Source of the DNA: Marsupella aquatica
Lineage: Eukaryota > Plantae > Marchantiophyta
Reading direction: 5' to 3'
Assembly: GCA_973895155.1 (NCBI GenBank)
Contig: OZ316898.1
Coordinates: forward strand, 2,765,927 to 2,829,926
DNA: 64,000 nt
The notes below the pieces were generated by a model. It worked only from the letters and a program-made list of their open reading frames with translations, did no database searches and was not told the origin of the DNA. Shown one piece after another: positions 33,316 through 47,215 of the stretch. The translations under genes were made by a program, and so were the position numbers. Every line of letters begins with the position of its first letter. Positions within the stretch are counted from its first letter, which is position 1.

Positions 33316-36300
33316 ATGATGCTGTCGTTGCAGAGCTCGATGAGGCCGCAACAGGGTCACCAGGGCCTCTCGCTGTTCATGAGGGAGCCGCTGAAGACTG
33401 AGCACCGCCACCGTCAAGAGCACTTTGCGCATCTGCCCGCTTCTCAGACTCCCAGTGTGCACTCGGATGGCAATGGAGTGGTCGACACTACTGAAGGTAA
33501 GGTCCTCAGTCTCTGCTTCTTATCTCTGTCTGATGAGCTTTTCTGCATTTACTGGTCAGCTTTCGGTCCGCATCAGCTCCTTATCTCTACGCTAAGCTGC
33601 GTTTGTACGTATCACCCGAATGAATGCTCTTGCAACGATTCCGACTTTCCTTTCATCATCTTTAGGCTCATCGAATCTTCCCTAAGTTGCTACCATTTTT
33701 GGCCATCTCCCAATTTTCGTTCGAAGAACTCCTCTTTCCTTTCAGCTGCCCCTAGTCTATGTCCGTGGTCGCTGGACAGCAGGAGCAATTAAGAGGCAGC
33801 TCCATGTTGTCCGTGTCCCGCATTCGCCTCCGAATCTTAAAGTCTTTTGTGGTTTTCTTCAAATGTGGTAGATACAGTCACAGATAAAATTCTTTCCTTG
33901 TAATAGAACTAGTCCTTGTAGAATTCCCTGATCGCTTTCCAAGGTGTTGGGGTTGCTGGAAATAGACCAGATGAATAGAAGAGAGGGGGAGGGTGGGGAG
34001 ACGGTGTGTTGATGGGCCATTATGCTAGGCCAGAGTGAACTCTCTTTGTTCAGGTGTGCGGGAACTGTTTGCCCCTTGAGCTGGAAGGTCCTGTGCTGGC
34101 CTTTAAGATCTGAAGGGCCGGTGTCTTTGGCTCACTTTGAAGATGCAATTCATCCTGTATAAGGGACAGTTGAAATGTCTGTACCTCCATTTCTTCAGAC
34201 GGACTTGAACAATAATGTGCCATTGTGCAGACGAAGACAAATTGTTGGCTGTGGCACATCAGCATTACAAAGCAGGGAATTATCAACAGGCACTAGAGCA
34301 CTGCAATGTCGTGTACGATAGGAACCCTAACAGGACGGATGGCCTCCTCCTACTGGGAGCCATTTACTACCAAGTGAGACTTCTTTTCACTTGATTTGCT
34401 TCTGCTAAAGCCTTCCTGCTTACCTTGCGTGTTTGAAAATATGACGCTTGTATCAGTCTGAGAAGCAATGGTAGGTTGAAGGTTTTTTCGCCGTCCAGCA
34501 AAGATTTCGTCTCTGACTGAATGTCATGTCTTTCCAGCTGCATGATTTTGATACCTGCATCGCCAAGAATGAAGAAGCCATCCGAATTGATCCCGAATTT
34601 GCAGAATGCTACGGAAATATGGCAAACGCACTGAAGGTAAATATGTTTGCGATGGCCCCCTTATCTTGCTTGTCAAATAGTGTCCATATATCGACTTCCC
34701 AGGGTCTCAGGCGAATCTCGATGCTGTCATTCGTTGCTTTGGAGGGGTTCGGTTCTCCTATTGAGCTTGAAGGAATGGATCGCATGTGCTGATGGACAGG
34801 TTTTGTGTTTGATCTTCCAGGAGAAAGGAAACGTTGACCTTGCAATTCGGTATTACATCATGGCAATTGAGGTATTGCGAGAAGTTATTGGAATGTGTTT
34901 GTGGAACGTTTAGGTTTCAATTTCTTGGATCATGCTAACTATGTCGGTTGTGTGAGCAGTTGAGGCCAGGATTCTGCGATGCATGGTCCAATCTTGCGAG
35001 TGCCTATATGCGTCAAGGGAGGCTGGATGAAGCTGCACAATGCTGTCGGCATGCTCTTACTCTAAATCCGCGACTGGTTAGTTTCCATGTCTTTCTCGTA
35101 TGTTCATTTGCATAATAAAGCAGTCCTAGGGAGTTTGGCCACTGATTTTTGGCCAAAATTGTTTGTGCTGGACCCGAATTACTACTCCCATATTTCAACA
35201 TTGTCATATTGTATAGGGGAAGGTTGTCATCTTTATATCATGTAGCCCTTTGTGGTCAAGGAGAATTCTCAAATTGTGTAACTCCATCTTTCTCGCCACA
35301 AGCCTTGCTCTAATTTCCCAGGGGCTTGATGTCGTCGTGTTGTCCTTCATCTGTTGTGTTACAGGTTGATGCACACAGCAACCTGGGCAACCTATTTAAG
35401 CAACAGGGATTGACACAACATGTAAGTGTCATATTCTTTTTTCTTGCTCCAAAACTGGAATGTAAAATCGTTTTCTTACTCTTGGATTAGGCAGCTGGAG
35501 GGAGGAAATTGGTCGCCTTAGATCGTAGTCATTTAACGAGGAAAGTGATGCCATTCAGTTCGCCTTTACTTTATCGTAACTCGACAATGTTTGTGATACC
35601 AGGCTTACCTCTGCTATACTGAAGCCATTCGAATACAACCTACTTTTGCTATTGCTTGGTCCAACCTTGCTGGCCTATTTATGGAAGCTGGGGAATATCT
35701 TAAGGCTCACAGTTATTATAAGGTACTCATTGTGTCTGGTTGGCTGTGTCAAATGGTCTGTGGCATTGTCCTTCGTTTCTCTGTTGTTGAGTTTGATCTG
35801 AAGGGACTGCAGCGTCTTATGTCAATTACACTGCCTATTTTTTGTGTTTAATATCAGGCAAACCCAGTCTTTCGACCGCTCTGTTTCGTTCCTGTCACAC
35901 ATTAAAGTTGTGTTGTCTTGTTGCTTTCCCGTTTGTACATTGACGTGTTTTGTCTGCCTGGAGTTATTCAATTCTGAGAGCCTCTCCTGTTACAGTCAGA
36001 TATGTATGTTTCATTGCCTGTTTCTTAATCTCTTTTGCCAGGAAGCGATTCGGTTGAAGCCGAATTTTTCTGATGCTCACCTCAACGCGGGGAATGTTCT
36101 CAAGGTGATGACTCTGGCATTGCAAATGCGATGTTGCATGGACTTGAAATGAATTCTTCCACTTCCATTGGGAGCTTGTAAGGACCAGAGTTGCTGAAAC
36201 ATGTCTATTGCAGGCACTTGGCTTGCCTCAGGAAGCAATTGCGTCCTATCAGAAAGCTATACAATTGCGGCCTGAGTATGCAATCGCTTATGGTATGCGT

Positions 36301-39300
36301 TCGAATGCACTTCCTGTCACTTCAGCTTCATGGGAAATGTTGAGTACTGTAGGAGGGTTATGGCAATCTAGTTCTATTATGAAGTCAATCTGAGTGATAT
36401 GTGTGGGTCTAGTAAGGTGTCGCCGATCCCTGGAATATAGCTCCTCTGACAGAGTGCCTTTTGCGTGTTCTGTTTTTTGTCCCATACATCTTGTTCGCTC
36501 GCGAAGGTGCACAGCTCAAGACATATTTCTGCAAAGTTCCCCTGCCAGTAGACTTCCAAATGGTCTTGTGGTCGAGCGGTCCAGTAGTTTTGGACTTTTA
36601 ATTTTGCTAGTATTTGAATGTGATGTCTCAGAGGTTCCCAATCCTCATAAACCCACCTACTCAAGCGGCAATTATTTGCTACAAAGCAGGCATACTCTTA
36701 GTGCTCACCAGATCTTCACAAGGATGATATATCGGCATGGACCTTCATTTGTCAAACTCGACAGGAAGTGTGGGCAGCATTCACAATACTGGAGCAGTCA
36801 TGGCTGATCACTTAGAATGCACAACGGCATATTGGAGACATCAGCACTTCATATAGGTATGTAGGGTGACAGGGGCTTGCTGGATACGGTATGATTGTGT
36901 GCAGGAAATCTTGCGAGCGTTTATTATGAACAGGGTCAGTTGGATCTCGCAATTCTTCATTACAAGCACGCAATTCTCCTGGATTCCACGTTTTTGGAAG
37001 CTTACAATAATTTGGTAAGCTCAACGTGATTGTTAACACCTCTCAAGCATGCGAGTTAGTGTAAATAGATATTTTCATCTTCAGCTGCATATAAAACGTC
37101 ACACTTTTGGTAATGCCTTCGTTGCTGGAATTCCATGAGTATCAATTAATGGCTCTACAAACACAGGGTAATGCTCTGAAGGATGCCGGCCGGGTAGAAG
37201 AAGCCATCTCGTGCTACCAGGTGATTCATCGACGTAGGCCCTCCTTTCATGAGATGTAGATTTTGTACCAGTTTCTCGAGACATTTGTTGACATAGGCGG
37301 GGTGTTGTATCTTTGTTGAAACAGTTTGATGTGTAGTATAGATGAGTGTGGTGTGTCATAAAAGATATCATGACAGAGATGTGAATGTTTGATAAGAAGT
37401 CGTGACGCGTGACCGAATTGTTTCTTTGTCCTCTCTGCAGTCATGCCTTGCCTTGCAGGCAAATCATCCCCAGGCTCTCACCAACCTGGGGAACATCTAT
37501 ATGGAATGGTAACTTAGACTTTCCCCGTTGGAATAACCTTTTTTGCAATTATTAGTGAGGCGGTACTCGTAATGAGACTATGTACTGCATATGACACCAG
37601 TTATCTTTCTCACATGTTGGTTAGTTTGCGCTTCAAGTACATCTGATAAGTTCTTCTTTTTGGTTCGTTCTTATAGGAACTATATCAATACAGCCGCAAC
37701 CTTCTACAAGGCAACCTTGGCTGTTACAACGGGTCTCTCAGCACCCTACAGCAATCTTGCTACTATTTACAAACAGCAGGTGAGTTGGTTCACTCTTCGA
37801 GAATGGACTTCTACCACGAAGAAGGGACTCTCAAGGTTTTGTTTTGGGCGGTCCTCGTAGGTCATATGTAGAAGTTAAGTTTGACTTGTTTGTTTCCTTA
37901 TGTGTTTCCACACATCCTATTTAGCCTGATGAACGTACTCTCTCTTCTACGATTTTTCAAAGTCTTTGCTTTCCTCTCTTAGTACATTGTGAAGTAACGG
38001 TTCCGGGTATGCGCAGGGCCACTATGCAGAGGCAATTGCTTGCTACAACGAAGTTATGAGGATAGATCCATCTGCAGCAGATGGACTTGTTAATAGAGGT
38101 AATACTCTGAAGGAGGTGGGTCGCGTAAGCGAAGCGATTCAGGATTATATAAGGGCAGTGCAAATACGTCCAACGATGGCAGAGGGCCATGCTAATCTGG
38201 CTTCAGCTTACAAAGACAGGTCTGTTCAAGACTTGTATGCACCTTCATTAAACTGTCACTGGCAGAGTTGGGGCACATGTCTTTTCTTTTCCTCGTCGTG
38301 TGTGTGTATGATAAATGGACTTACTCAAGCTGATGCTTGGATTTTTGTATCAGCGGTCATGTTGATGCGGCAATCAAAAGCTACAAACAGGCATTGTCTC
38401 TTCGTGCGGATTTTCCTGAAGCTACTTGCAATCTCCTCCACACTCTCCAGTGTGTCTGTGACTGGGACGACCGAGATAACAAGTTTTTGGAGATTGAGGC
38501 TGTCGTCAGGCGCCAAGTCAAGGTCCATCTCCTTGATTTCAATTTAGTGTAACTTTCGTGTATATTCTCCATCACGTGAACACAGTTATTGGTCCGTTGT
38601 CACAGTAGCAGTGCTGAATTGAAGAAATTGTTCTGCAGCTGTGTGTTCTACCAAGTGTGCAGCCTTTCCATGCAATCGCATATCCGATTGATCCTCTACT
38701 GGCGCTGGATATCAGGTTTGTGTCGGGCAACCTTCTGTGCTATCATTCAGGCATTTCCATGCATCTTTCAAGTTGTCTGCTCAAAATAAGTTGGAATTCG
38801 CTTGACTTATTCACGGTCCAGATCTGAACTTCTTCTGTTGTCCTATGAACAGCCGCAAGTATGCAGATCATTGTCATTTGATTGGATCGCGTCTAGGATT
38901 GCAACCATTTACGCATCCTCCTGCAGTACCTGTACAGAACAAAGGGGGAGGTGGACGACTTCGTGTGGGGTATGTCAACTGGAAAGCCCTGTTTTATTGG
39001 TAAAATTTACAGAAAATAGTGCTTGTTGTTGACGTTCATGTGGAGTTTCTACGTCGAAAGTGTGGTCCTAGGTTGCCATAGACCCTGACTGACCTTTAGT
39101 TAATATGGTTGATGCACAGCTATGTGAGCAGTGACTTCGGCAATCATCCACTATCGCATCTGATGGGATCAGTTTTTGGAATGCATAATCGTGGGAATAT
39201 AGAGGTAAAGTTTTGGAATAACCTTGTCGTTGTTGGTATATCCAATTTTGGAAGAAAGTATTGTTTGGCACGAGTATTGTACGTGAGATGCAGTGTTCAG

Positions 39301-42124
39301 CGAACTTTGGGATGACAGGTAGCATTGGAGTGTCCATGTAGTATTGGATATAACTAAACTAGGCATACCTGAACGTTGCTGCAGGACGCTGCTTACATTA
39401 TCAGATTAACTGTAATATAGGGTGATTAGTGTGCATACCATCTTACTATTTTCATGATCCAATTTATGCGTTGCTCCGAGAGAGCACTGAACTGTCCCGT
39501 GGCTCTTCGACAAGGAAGACCTGCAAACCAGAGTCAATTTTGTAACTACATATTTGGGGATGCGTCGTCCTCATAGTGCTCCACTGTCCACCTTTGTTTC
39601 CTCCAGGTCTTCTGCTACGCGTTGAGCCAGAGTGATGGCAGTGAGTGGAGGCAGCGTATATCAGCAGAGGCAGAGCATTTTATTGACGTTTCTGCTGCGT
39701 CTTCGGACGCTATTGCCAAAATGATCGCAGAGCATAACATTCAGATATTGGTCAACCTCAATGGTTACACCAAGGTGGGCAGTGATGGGTCAATTGTGAA
39801 CATTGTTGTCCGGTTATTTGTAGGTACTGTCTAAGGCTTCGTGTGCAAAGTTTTCGGTCTGAAAGGTGGCGCTCTTTGGCAGGGTGCGAGAAATGAAATA
39901 TTCGCTTTACAACCGGCCCCCATTCAAGTATCTTATATGGGATTTCCTGGCACAACTGGTGCGGACTATATTGACTATTTGGTAACAGATGAGGTAGGAT
40001 CTTTCTTCAATCTGGCAGCACTTCGCTGTTCCCGTATCAACGTTTCATTCTGGTCGTACAAGAATATTGGCTCAAAACATTTGGCATTCTAACGCGAATT
40101 CGGTGAGAAGTGTGAGTTTCTAATATAATGGAAATTTCAATGTAAGGGAATTTCAATGTAAGATCTGAGTTTTCTGTTTGCGAATTTAGACTTCAGATAG
40201 GCCGAATCTACGGCACCACTTTCTTTGGGGTTTCGCGGATAATAAGTCACGAATTTGTCGGGACCTTAAGAAATTCAAGTACGGATGAAAATTTTGACCT
40301 CGACTTCTCTTTAACCTAATTTTGTGGTTATGTCATGTGCAGCTGGTGTCACCTCTGAAATTTTCCCATATTTATTCAGAAAAACTGGTCCACTTGCCGC
40401 ACTGTTACTTCGTGAATGATTATAAGCAGGTGTGTCTTCCGGTTCAATTAATTACTTTCTCAATTCCAGTTTGTACCGAAGTCGCAGACGTTCGCGTTTC
40501 CTCCGTTTCAGGAGGTGTCTGCTACTTTGTCATCCTTCGAGGATGCTGATGCGCGTCATTTTGTCATCTTGCAGAAGAATTGTGATGTTCTGGATCCCAA
40601 TAGTCAAATGAAGCGCTCAGATTATGGTTTGCCAGAAGACAAATTTCTCTTTGCTTGTTTCAATCAGCTATATAAGATGGACCCGGAGATCTTTACCATG
40701 TGGTATGTTACTGGCATTTGAAGGGCTTATTGTTTAGGTTTTTCTCAATTAGGTTCATTGATACCCTCTCGTTCGTCTTCTACTTGTAATCATTTGGTGG
40801 TTACGATTGTTCTTCTGGAAACTGTGCTGAGTTTGGATGTATATTTTTCTTTTCTATAGGAGCAGTGGGTCATTCCGCATTTGTCGTCAAAATAATGAAA
40901 GCTTACTCTATGCGGTTTTGCAGGTGCAATATTCTTAAGCGGGTCCCCGACAGTGCACTCTGGTTACTACGCTTTCCTGCTGCAGGAGAAAATCGACTTC
41001 GAGCATGTGAGCCATAGTTTGGATTTTGAAAGTTTTTCTCTTATCTTGTTTAGTGGACAGTTTTGATAAAAGTATGCCTAGTGGACAGTTTTGATAGAAG
41101 TATGCCTTTTGGTTCCTGCAGTTGCTGCTGCACAGGGTGTCAGGCCGGACCAGATAATATTTACAGACGTTGCAGCTAAGAATGAACATATTCGACGCAG
41201 TGCCCTTGCAGATCTTTTCCTCGACACGTAAGATTCATCGCTTTTTTAGAGAACTTCAGTAATCCTTTTCTGAAAAATCAGGCTATTAAAGTATACGAAA
41301 GCCAGCTGTGGAATTTTTGTACCGTATTTTCAGGAAATGTTTTGGCCTGTTATGGATTTCTTAGATGACTTGGCTCGGGTTATCATTCTAGGTCAGGAAA
41401 GCATTCGAGGTCTCTATCCGGTCAGATTTCCTAACTCTTGCTCAATCGTTGATGTTCATGTAGGCCTCTTTGCAATGCCCATACGACTGGCACAGATGTA
41501 TTATGGGCAGGTCTTCCAATGGTTACCCTCCCACTTGAGAAGATGGCCACGCGAGTTGCAATGTCACTCTGCCATGCGGCTGGTTGTGGGGAAGAAATGG
41601 TAGTTGATAGGTAACTACAGACCGCTTTCTATATAAGTTTATTCTGTCATGAGCTACTGTTCTCTTGATTCTGTATTACTTGGTGTGTGCTTCATTTTTG
41701 TTCATCACTTTTCTCATTATTTGGTGTCGGTTCTGTAGCATGCAAGAATACGAGGAGAGGGCGGTTAAATATGCTCAAAACCCAGCCCTTCTTGAGGCGC
41801 TTACTACAAAGCTCCGAACAAACCGGCTTACATGTCCTTTGTTTGACACACCTCGTTGGGTAAGATTTGTGGCCATTTGCAATTGCATGTATGTACTCAA
41901 ATAATGATGGCATGTAAGGACGCGCGATTCTCTAATTGAATATATGATCTTTGATTTTGACGATTCAGTTCAGCTAACCTTCTTGTCATGTGGGCTCGGA
42001 TGTTCCACAGGTCCGCAATCTGGAGAGGGCTTACTTCAAGATGTGGAATTTATACTGCCAGGGAAATCACCCGCAGCCTTTTAAAGTATTCGAGGATGAT
42101 TTGGGGTTTCCGTACGATCAATAA
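33316..42124 (+). CDS. SEC: UDP-GlcNAc:protein O-GlcNAc transferase SECRET AGENT (TPR + GT41), 986 aa, 27 coding exons: 33316-33496, 34231-34373, 34538-34636, 34821-34871, 34960-35076, 35365-35421, 35603-35722, 36042-36104, 36214-36292, 36905-37014, 37167-37220, 37441-37508, 37677-37779, 38017-38219, 38354-38522, 38639-38715, 38853-38969, 39120-39204, 39607-39774, 39883-39993, 40343-40429, 40575-40702, 40924-41006, 41122-41227, 41464-41610, 41739-41859, 42011-42124
   Basis: All introns are GT-AG and phase-consistent (2961 nt in total). TPRs ([31 protein letters not shown]) precede GT41 motifs [38 protein letters not shown] and [18 protein letters not shown]. The protein ends FPYDQ*, colinear with Arabidopsis SEC. 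Confidence 0.97.
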
Positions 42125-42949
42125 CACGAACGTCCGGCTTTTCGATCTTTAGGGAGGCTTCTTGAGGTGGAGATGTGTGCACCGTATCACCACCTACTTC
42201 TCACTGTGAATAAGTTTTGAACACCCGTCATACTAATGTTTGAAGTTCCAAGTGATGCACCTCCCTGTTCAGCCATGCGGAACGGCGGAGTTTCTGCTGA
42301 TGGGGCAGTTGGTAGCTAACAATGCTCGTGCTGCGTATGACATTACAGATCAGGTTACTTTGACTATATCATACCCCAGTGACCTCAAATGGACAGATTG
42401 CCCAGGGAGGAATGGGTATTGTTTTGCAAATATGTTAGTTTGACTCCTTACGACTTTTGGATTCCCTCTCTGTGATATCCAATTGATGACCTATACACTA
42501 CTACACTACTTGCACACGGATTTGGTAAACGACTGCATCCAGTGTGGAAGTCAGGTCTTTAAGACAATCTTGGACATTAAGTGTCCCGGACCCATGCCAG
42601 GCAGGTTCATACTCAATTATGGCTGGAAGTGCACTTCTCCGACCATGAAGCAGAACCTTGAAGTGCAGGCGCAGGGAAACCGTTTATTATCCCTTGAGAT
42701 TGGGAATTCTTACATGACAAAGATGCCGCTAAGGTATCAATAAAGAGTTATCCAGTAACCAGTGGAAAGTTGTGCAGCTGTTAAGACGTTGCCAATTGAT
42801 CTGGACCAGTTTACTCCTACTGATGGGCTGACGATATGCTGAGCGAGTTGGTTTTCCCTTTTTCCGTTTCGGTCTTTCCTTTTTCTCGTTTCTGGCGGTT
42901 TGTGTAAGTCTTGTAGGTTTTGATGATGCAGGTCGTTTGTCGTCCTGTA

Positions 42950-43320
42950 CAAGTCTCGTTCGGCCGTCTGTGAATGTATTTTTAAAACTCAGTGATATTC
43001 TTTTGGTCTTTTTTCTTCAGTTTACTGTCTTTGTGTTCACCTTAGATGTGGTTGTGGTTCTTGTTGTTCTTTTTTTAAGGATTCTTGTGCGACTGTTCCT
43101 CGGTCTGTTAATCTGTCCTGGAAACTCAATGATAGTCATCTTTTCTGCTTTTTGCAGTCTTGCCTTAGTCATTCAAGTACCTTAGATTTGCGTATTGTTT
43201 GTTTTCCTTCGGAATGACTCCTGTGCAAGTCTCTCTGAGTCCCCAAAGCTGTTCTTGAAACTCAATGAAAGTCATTGGTTCTCTTTTCTTCAGTCTACTG
43301 CCTCCATCGCACAGATTTGG
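42950..43320 (-). repeat. Three degenerate ~137-bp tandem units with residual coding character
   Basis: Anchors aaactca(a/g)tga at ~42985, 43122 and 43258. Minus-strand translations: RLKKREPMTFIEFQEQ / RLQKAEKMTIIEFPGQ / KLKKKDQKNITEF*. Confidence 0.7.
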
Positions 43321-46300
43321 GTCCGGCATTTGTCTTACCTCACTTCTGTCGTAGTCGTCTGGATGCGGTTCTTGTGAACCTTCATCCTGTGGCCCAGATT
43401 TTTTATTTGTTATGGACTGTCAGTGTTGATGTAGGGAAGTGTCCATCCAGTAGTGGACTGCGAATCTGTCGTACCAGCTCTGGCAGTGTCATCCTACAGA
43501 CCAATTGAACTTTGGGCCTCAGACAAAATTTCAGTCTGGCTCGTCTTTCTCTCGTTAGGGGTACCTCTTGTCTTCCATTTATAGATTGTTCCTTCACCCT
43601 AATCGACAAAGAAGGTCTACAATTTCTCGAGTGATCACGAGTTGTTTGTGTAGTTTTGCTGTAGTCATCCCTCTGCCCATGCCTTTAAGCGGACGGAAGG
43701 AATCCTGATATGCTCTTCAAAATGTTTGTTCCGGACTCCACCCTGAAAGGTCTTCTGTTAATGAAAGTCCTCGCTACTGAGTTTCCGAGCAGCCTGCAAG
43801 AGCATAACCTTTGCCACCCCGTAAGATCAGAGCGGCGACCATAAATCAGTTGTTTCAAACCTTTTGACTAATTCGCAACGTATTTGAACTTGAATCAAAT
43901 CTCGTTTGAACAGTTGCATTCCAAATTTGGTGGAAAAATCTTTGAAACACCCTGGACAGGTTCACTAAGAAGTCATCGTTTTGATACGAGTACACTGACG
44001 TATACACGCAAGATATTCACCAGGAACCTTCTTACTGAAATTTTGTGTACCATGAATAATGTTTTAGCGAGGTCACTGGACTCAGGAATTATGCGTCGAC
44101 TGCAAGTCCCTTTGGTTAAAGGTCATTGTAGCAAGAAGGCCTAGTAAAGCGTTGGAGGAATGCTTGATCTTTGCCTCACAAAAACATGGCGTTTATGGTC
44201 CCTGTTTATGGTTTAACCCGCGGTAGCTTTGCAGTCATGGAGCCGTGGTCTAGAGTCTTCGCCCTACACGCCAGACCGTAGATCGATGGATAGACAAGCA
44301 CCTGAGATCTGCTTGAGGGTGTTTCTATCCCAGACACGGAAGAGTGATTGTTTGACACAGCTTGATGCACAAAGAGGACTGAGACAAAAGCAAACACTGT
44401 CCAGGTGGCACACATACAGACAGGAAGTGCGCAGATGTGTATGAGTGCACAGATGACTCTTAGTGCAGTGCAAGTCTAGAGATTTTGGGGTAGTTGAACA
44501 ATAGCACATATGCAATACAAAATCTATTTACTGTACAGAAGACTGTTGAAACCGTGTCAAAGTCCACCCTGTGCGTTGAGACTTTTTAGTGTCAAGAAGG
44601 CTGTTGACACCTTCGGACTTGGAAACGCAGCCATTCCCATAAAGTAGCCAGCAATTTTGACCGTTAACACACACTCATTCCCAGTTGGAGTGTTGAGCAA
44701 TAATCAAACAGTGTTTTTCATATTTTAAATTTTCAATAGTAATTTATTAATTACAGTATTTAGGATGTGCTGGATGGAATATTCAAGGTGAAAGGTAGTG
44801 TGCGGCTCAGCATACCAGCAATTAATCCTTGTACCCCATGTTCATCCAAGGATTAAACCCACTCTACCAAGACATACCGGACCAAAAGGAGATATTAACA
44901 AGGAGACTTGTCCATTTTTGAAATGTTTTTTCTTCATAGAATGATTTATTTTATATTTTGAATTACTGGGAACAATTTTATTTCAATATTTTTGTCATTG
45001 ATTTGCATGAAGTTTTTTACATTCTCTTTTTACGGCATGGTATCCCAGTTTTTACAAAAAAGTTGCCACACACAAATGTAGAAGTTGATTTTATCCAAAA
45101 AAAAGTCTCGTCGTGTTTGCAGCGTGCAACATCAATACATGTTCTCTGAGCCATTCTTTATGTAGAGACATCAATACATGTTTGTCAGTTTTGGCGAGAG
45201 AATGGATCCTAAAATGAATTCCATCAAAGGGTAGCTCCGAAGTTACTCAATTGATTAGAGTTGAGCATCAGTTTTGGTATGGACATCATCACTCCATTCA
45301 AGTAATTGTAAGTAGTTTGTCCACTTGCATTTTTCATAGATCTGTACATTTTTCTATCCACAGAGCTGACAGATTTTTTCATGGATCTATCTGCTCGGGA
45401 TGACTTCAGTTCTTTGGGGTGTTGTTGAGTACTCTTGGGCTTTTTTTGCCTCTTCAGTCTTCCTGGGGTTTTTTCTTTGTTTTCTTCCCTTTCATGGATC
45501 TCCTATCTTTCCAGTTACGCAGATTGGCGTTGTTTGGTTCTTTGGCAGTGTTGCATATATCCAAGGATGACTCTAACAACTTTCAGATTCTCTGAGATGA
45601 TAAAACATTTCAAAACTTAATACCTTTAGTGATTTTTTGTCTTTGTAGTTTTGGGTGCTTTTATGGAGAAGAATGCACAGTCTATACTTGGATTGGTGCA
45701 CTATGAAACTTCTCCACTGGTCGCCAAATACTAATAGTTGCATCACAAGTTCTTTTACTCTCTAATTCACTTTTAAAAATAAAATCAGAAATGGGATAGT
45801 CTAGAAGACAAGGAATTTAAGAACACTTTGACCTTTTAATCAGGTTGCAAAATTTATTTATTTACTGTGCAACTGGGATGGCGCTACTGTAATGCCTGGG
45901 CGGGATTTCCCTCCCCCCTTTTTCACAACAAAAGAAAGAGAAAATGATGGGACCTAGTTTTCAAGCATGAAAGTCCCAAGATTGGGATCTGTTTGGCAAC
46001 CAAGGCACATTCTTTCTCAAGTTTAGACCCAAAATTGGAAGCTCAGCTTACAAGGATATTGGGTGTGACCTTCTCCTTGTTGTCTTTTTCTCTAAAAACA
46101 GCATACTGGTAGTGAAACAGATTCAGTATTGGCACCCAACAATTTAAGGGATCATACTACTCAGAAATAAGAACATGGCATTCAAAATCCAATGAGACAC
46201 TCCTTTCTCGCAATGAGGATCTCCGGGGATCTGTCTCACAGCCTGAAGACCTCCCAAACATGTCATATAGTGTCCCAAAATGCAGTTATGAACACCAATG

Positions 46301-46904
46301 TGAACATTGGGGTATTCACACTCACACTGCAACTGTAAAATACTAGAGCAAAAGTTTGTTTTGATATATAAACCATACAAAAACTTTATTAGCTCAACGA
46401 ACTGAAGTAGTAGTAATGGGATTTGAGACTCTGTATGTCCCCTAGATTGGGTAGTCAGGAATAGTGGTCATAATATTCTCACATATACATAGAAAAACAT
46501 AACCGAGCAGCAGAAAACATAATGGAGAGGATGTTTCATGCTTCTTGTGACCAAAAAGCTGGTAACAAATTAAAATGCCAAGAAAGATCAAAACAGTAAG
46601 AATGGAGAGACCACATAAGACTCTTTATTTGGGGGTAAAACAACGTTCAGTAAGGATTTGCTGTTTTCCATGCCTGGCAAGGTGAACCTGTCGAGAATAT
46701 TGGGTATACCAGGGCATTTTTTAGTGCCCAAACTTTACCAAAGTCCATATCTGCCAAGATCCTTGGTGACATATTTTGGGTCTCATTAGTCAGTTTCCCA
46801 CCAGCCCATAGGGTTCAATAGCCATAACCTGATGGCATTCCCTAAGCTGTTACTGACCATATAAAAGTGATTATCTTGTCCTCCCACAACTTCATGGACA
46901 GTGG

Positions 46905-47215
46905 GGATCTAAATTTACAGAGATCTAACAAATAGATCTAACAGTCAAATAAATCTAGAAATTTCAAGTAAACAATATTCTTTGCATCTCCTCCTTGACT
47001 TAAGTTAGCATTAGCCACCCTGGTAAATTTCTAACATTCTTAAACTGCCACTGGCCATATAAAAGCCAGAAACTCCAAATCCTGCCACACTTCATTCACT
47101 CCCCTATGCTCAAGACACTGTAAGGATTTCTCACAAAGGACAAGATGCTGAAGAACACTTTTTATCTAATTCTTGTAGATTAGTTTCTATCTGTTAGATC
47201 TCCCTAGATTTAAGG
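46905..47215. mobile_element. MITE-like foldback element (~310 bp)
   Basis: taaatttacagagatctaacaaataga (~46911) is an imperfect inverted match to tctatctgttagatctccctagattta (~47186-47212). Confidence 0.55.

Noticed and set aside
31933-33462. 509-aa minus-strand ORF antisense to the SEC leader and exon 1
   Set aside because: S/L/P low-complexity translation of GA-rich leader DNA, which lacks stops on the CT strand. It has a non-ATG start and no domain, so it is a shadow ORF.
33235-33792. 185-aa ORF as an independent gene
   Set aside because: It is SEC exon 1 read through into intron 1.
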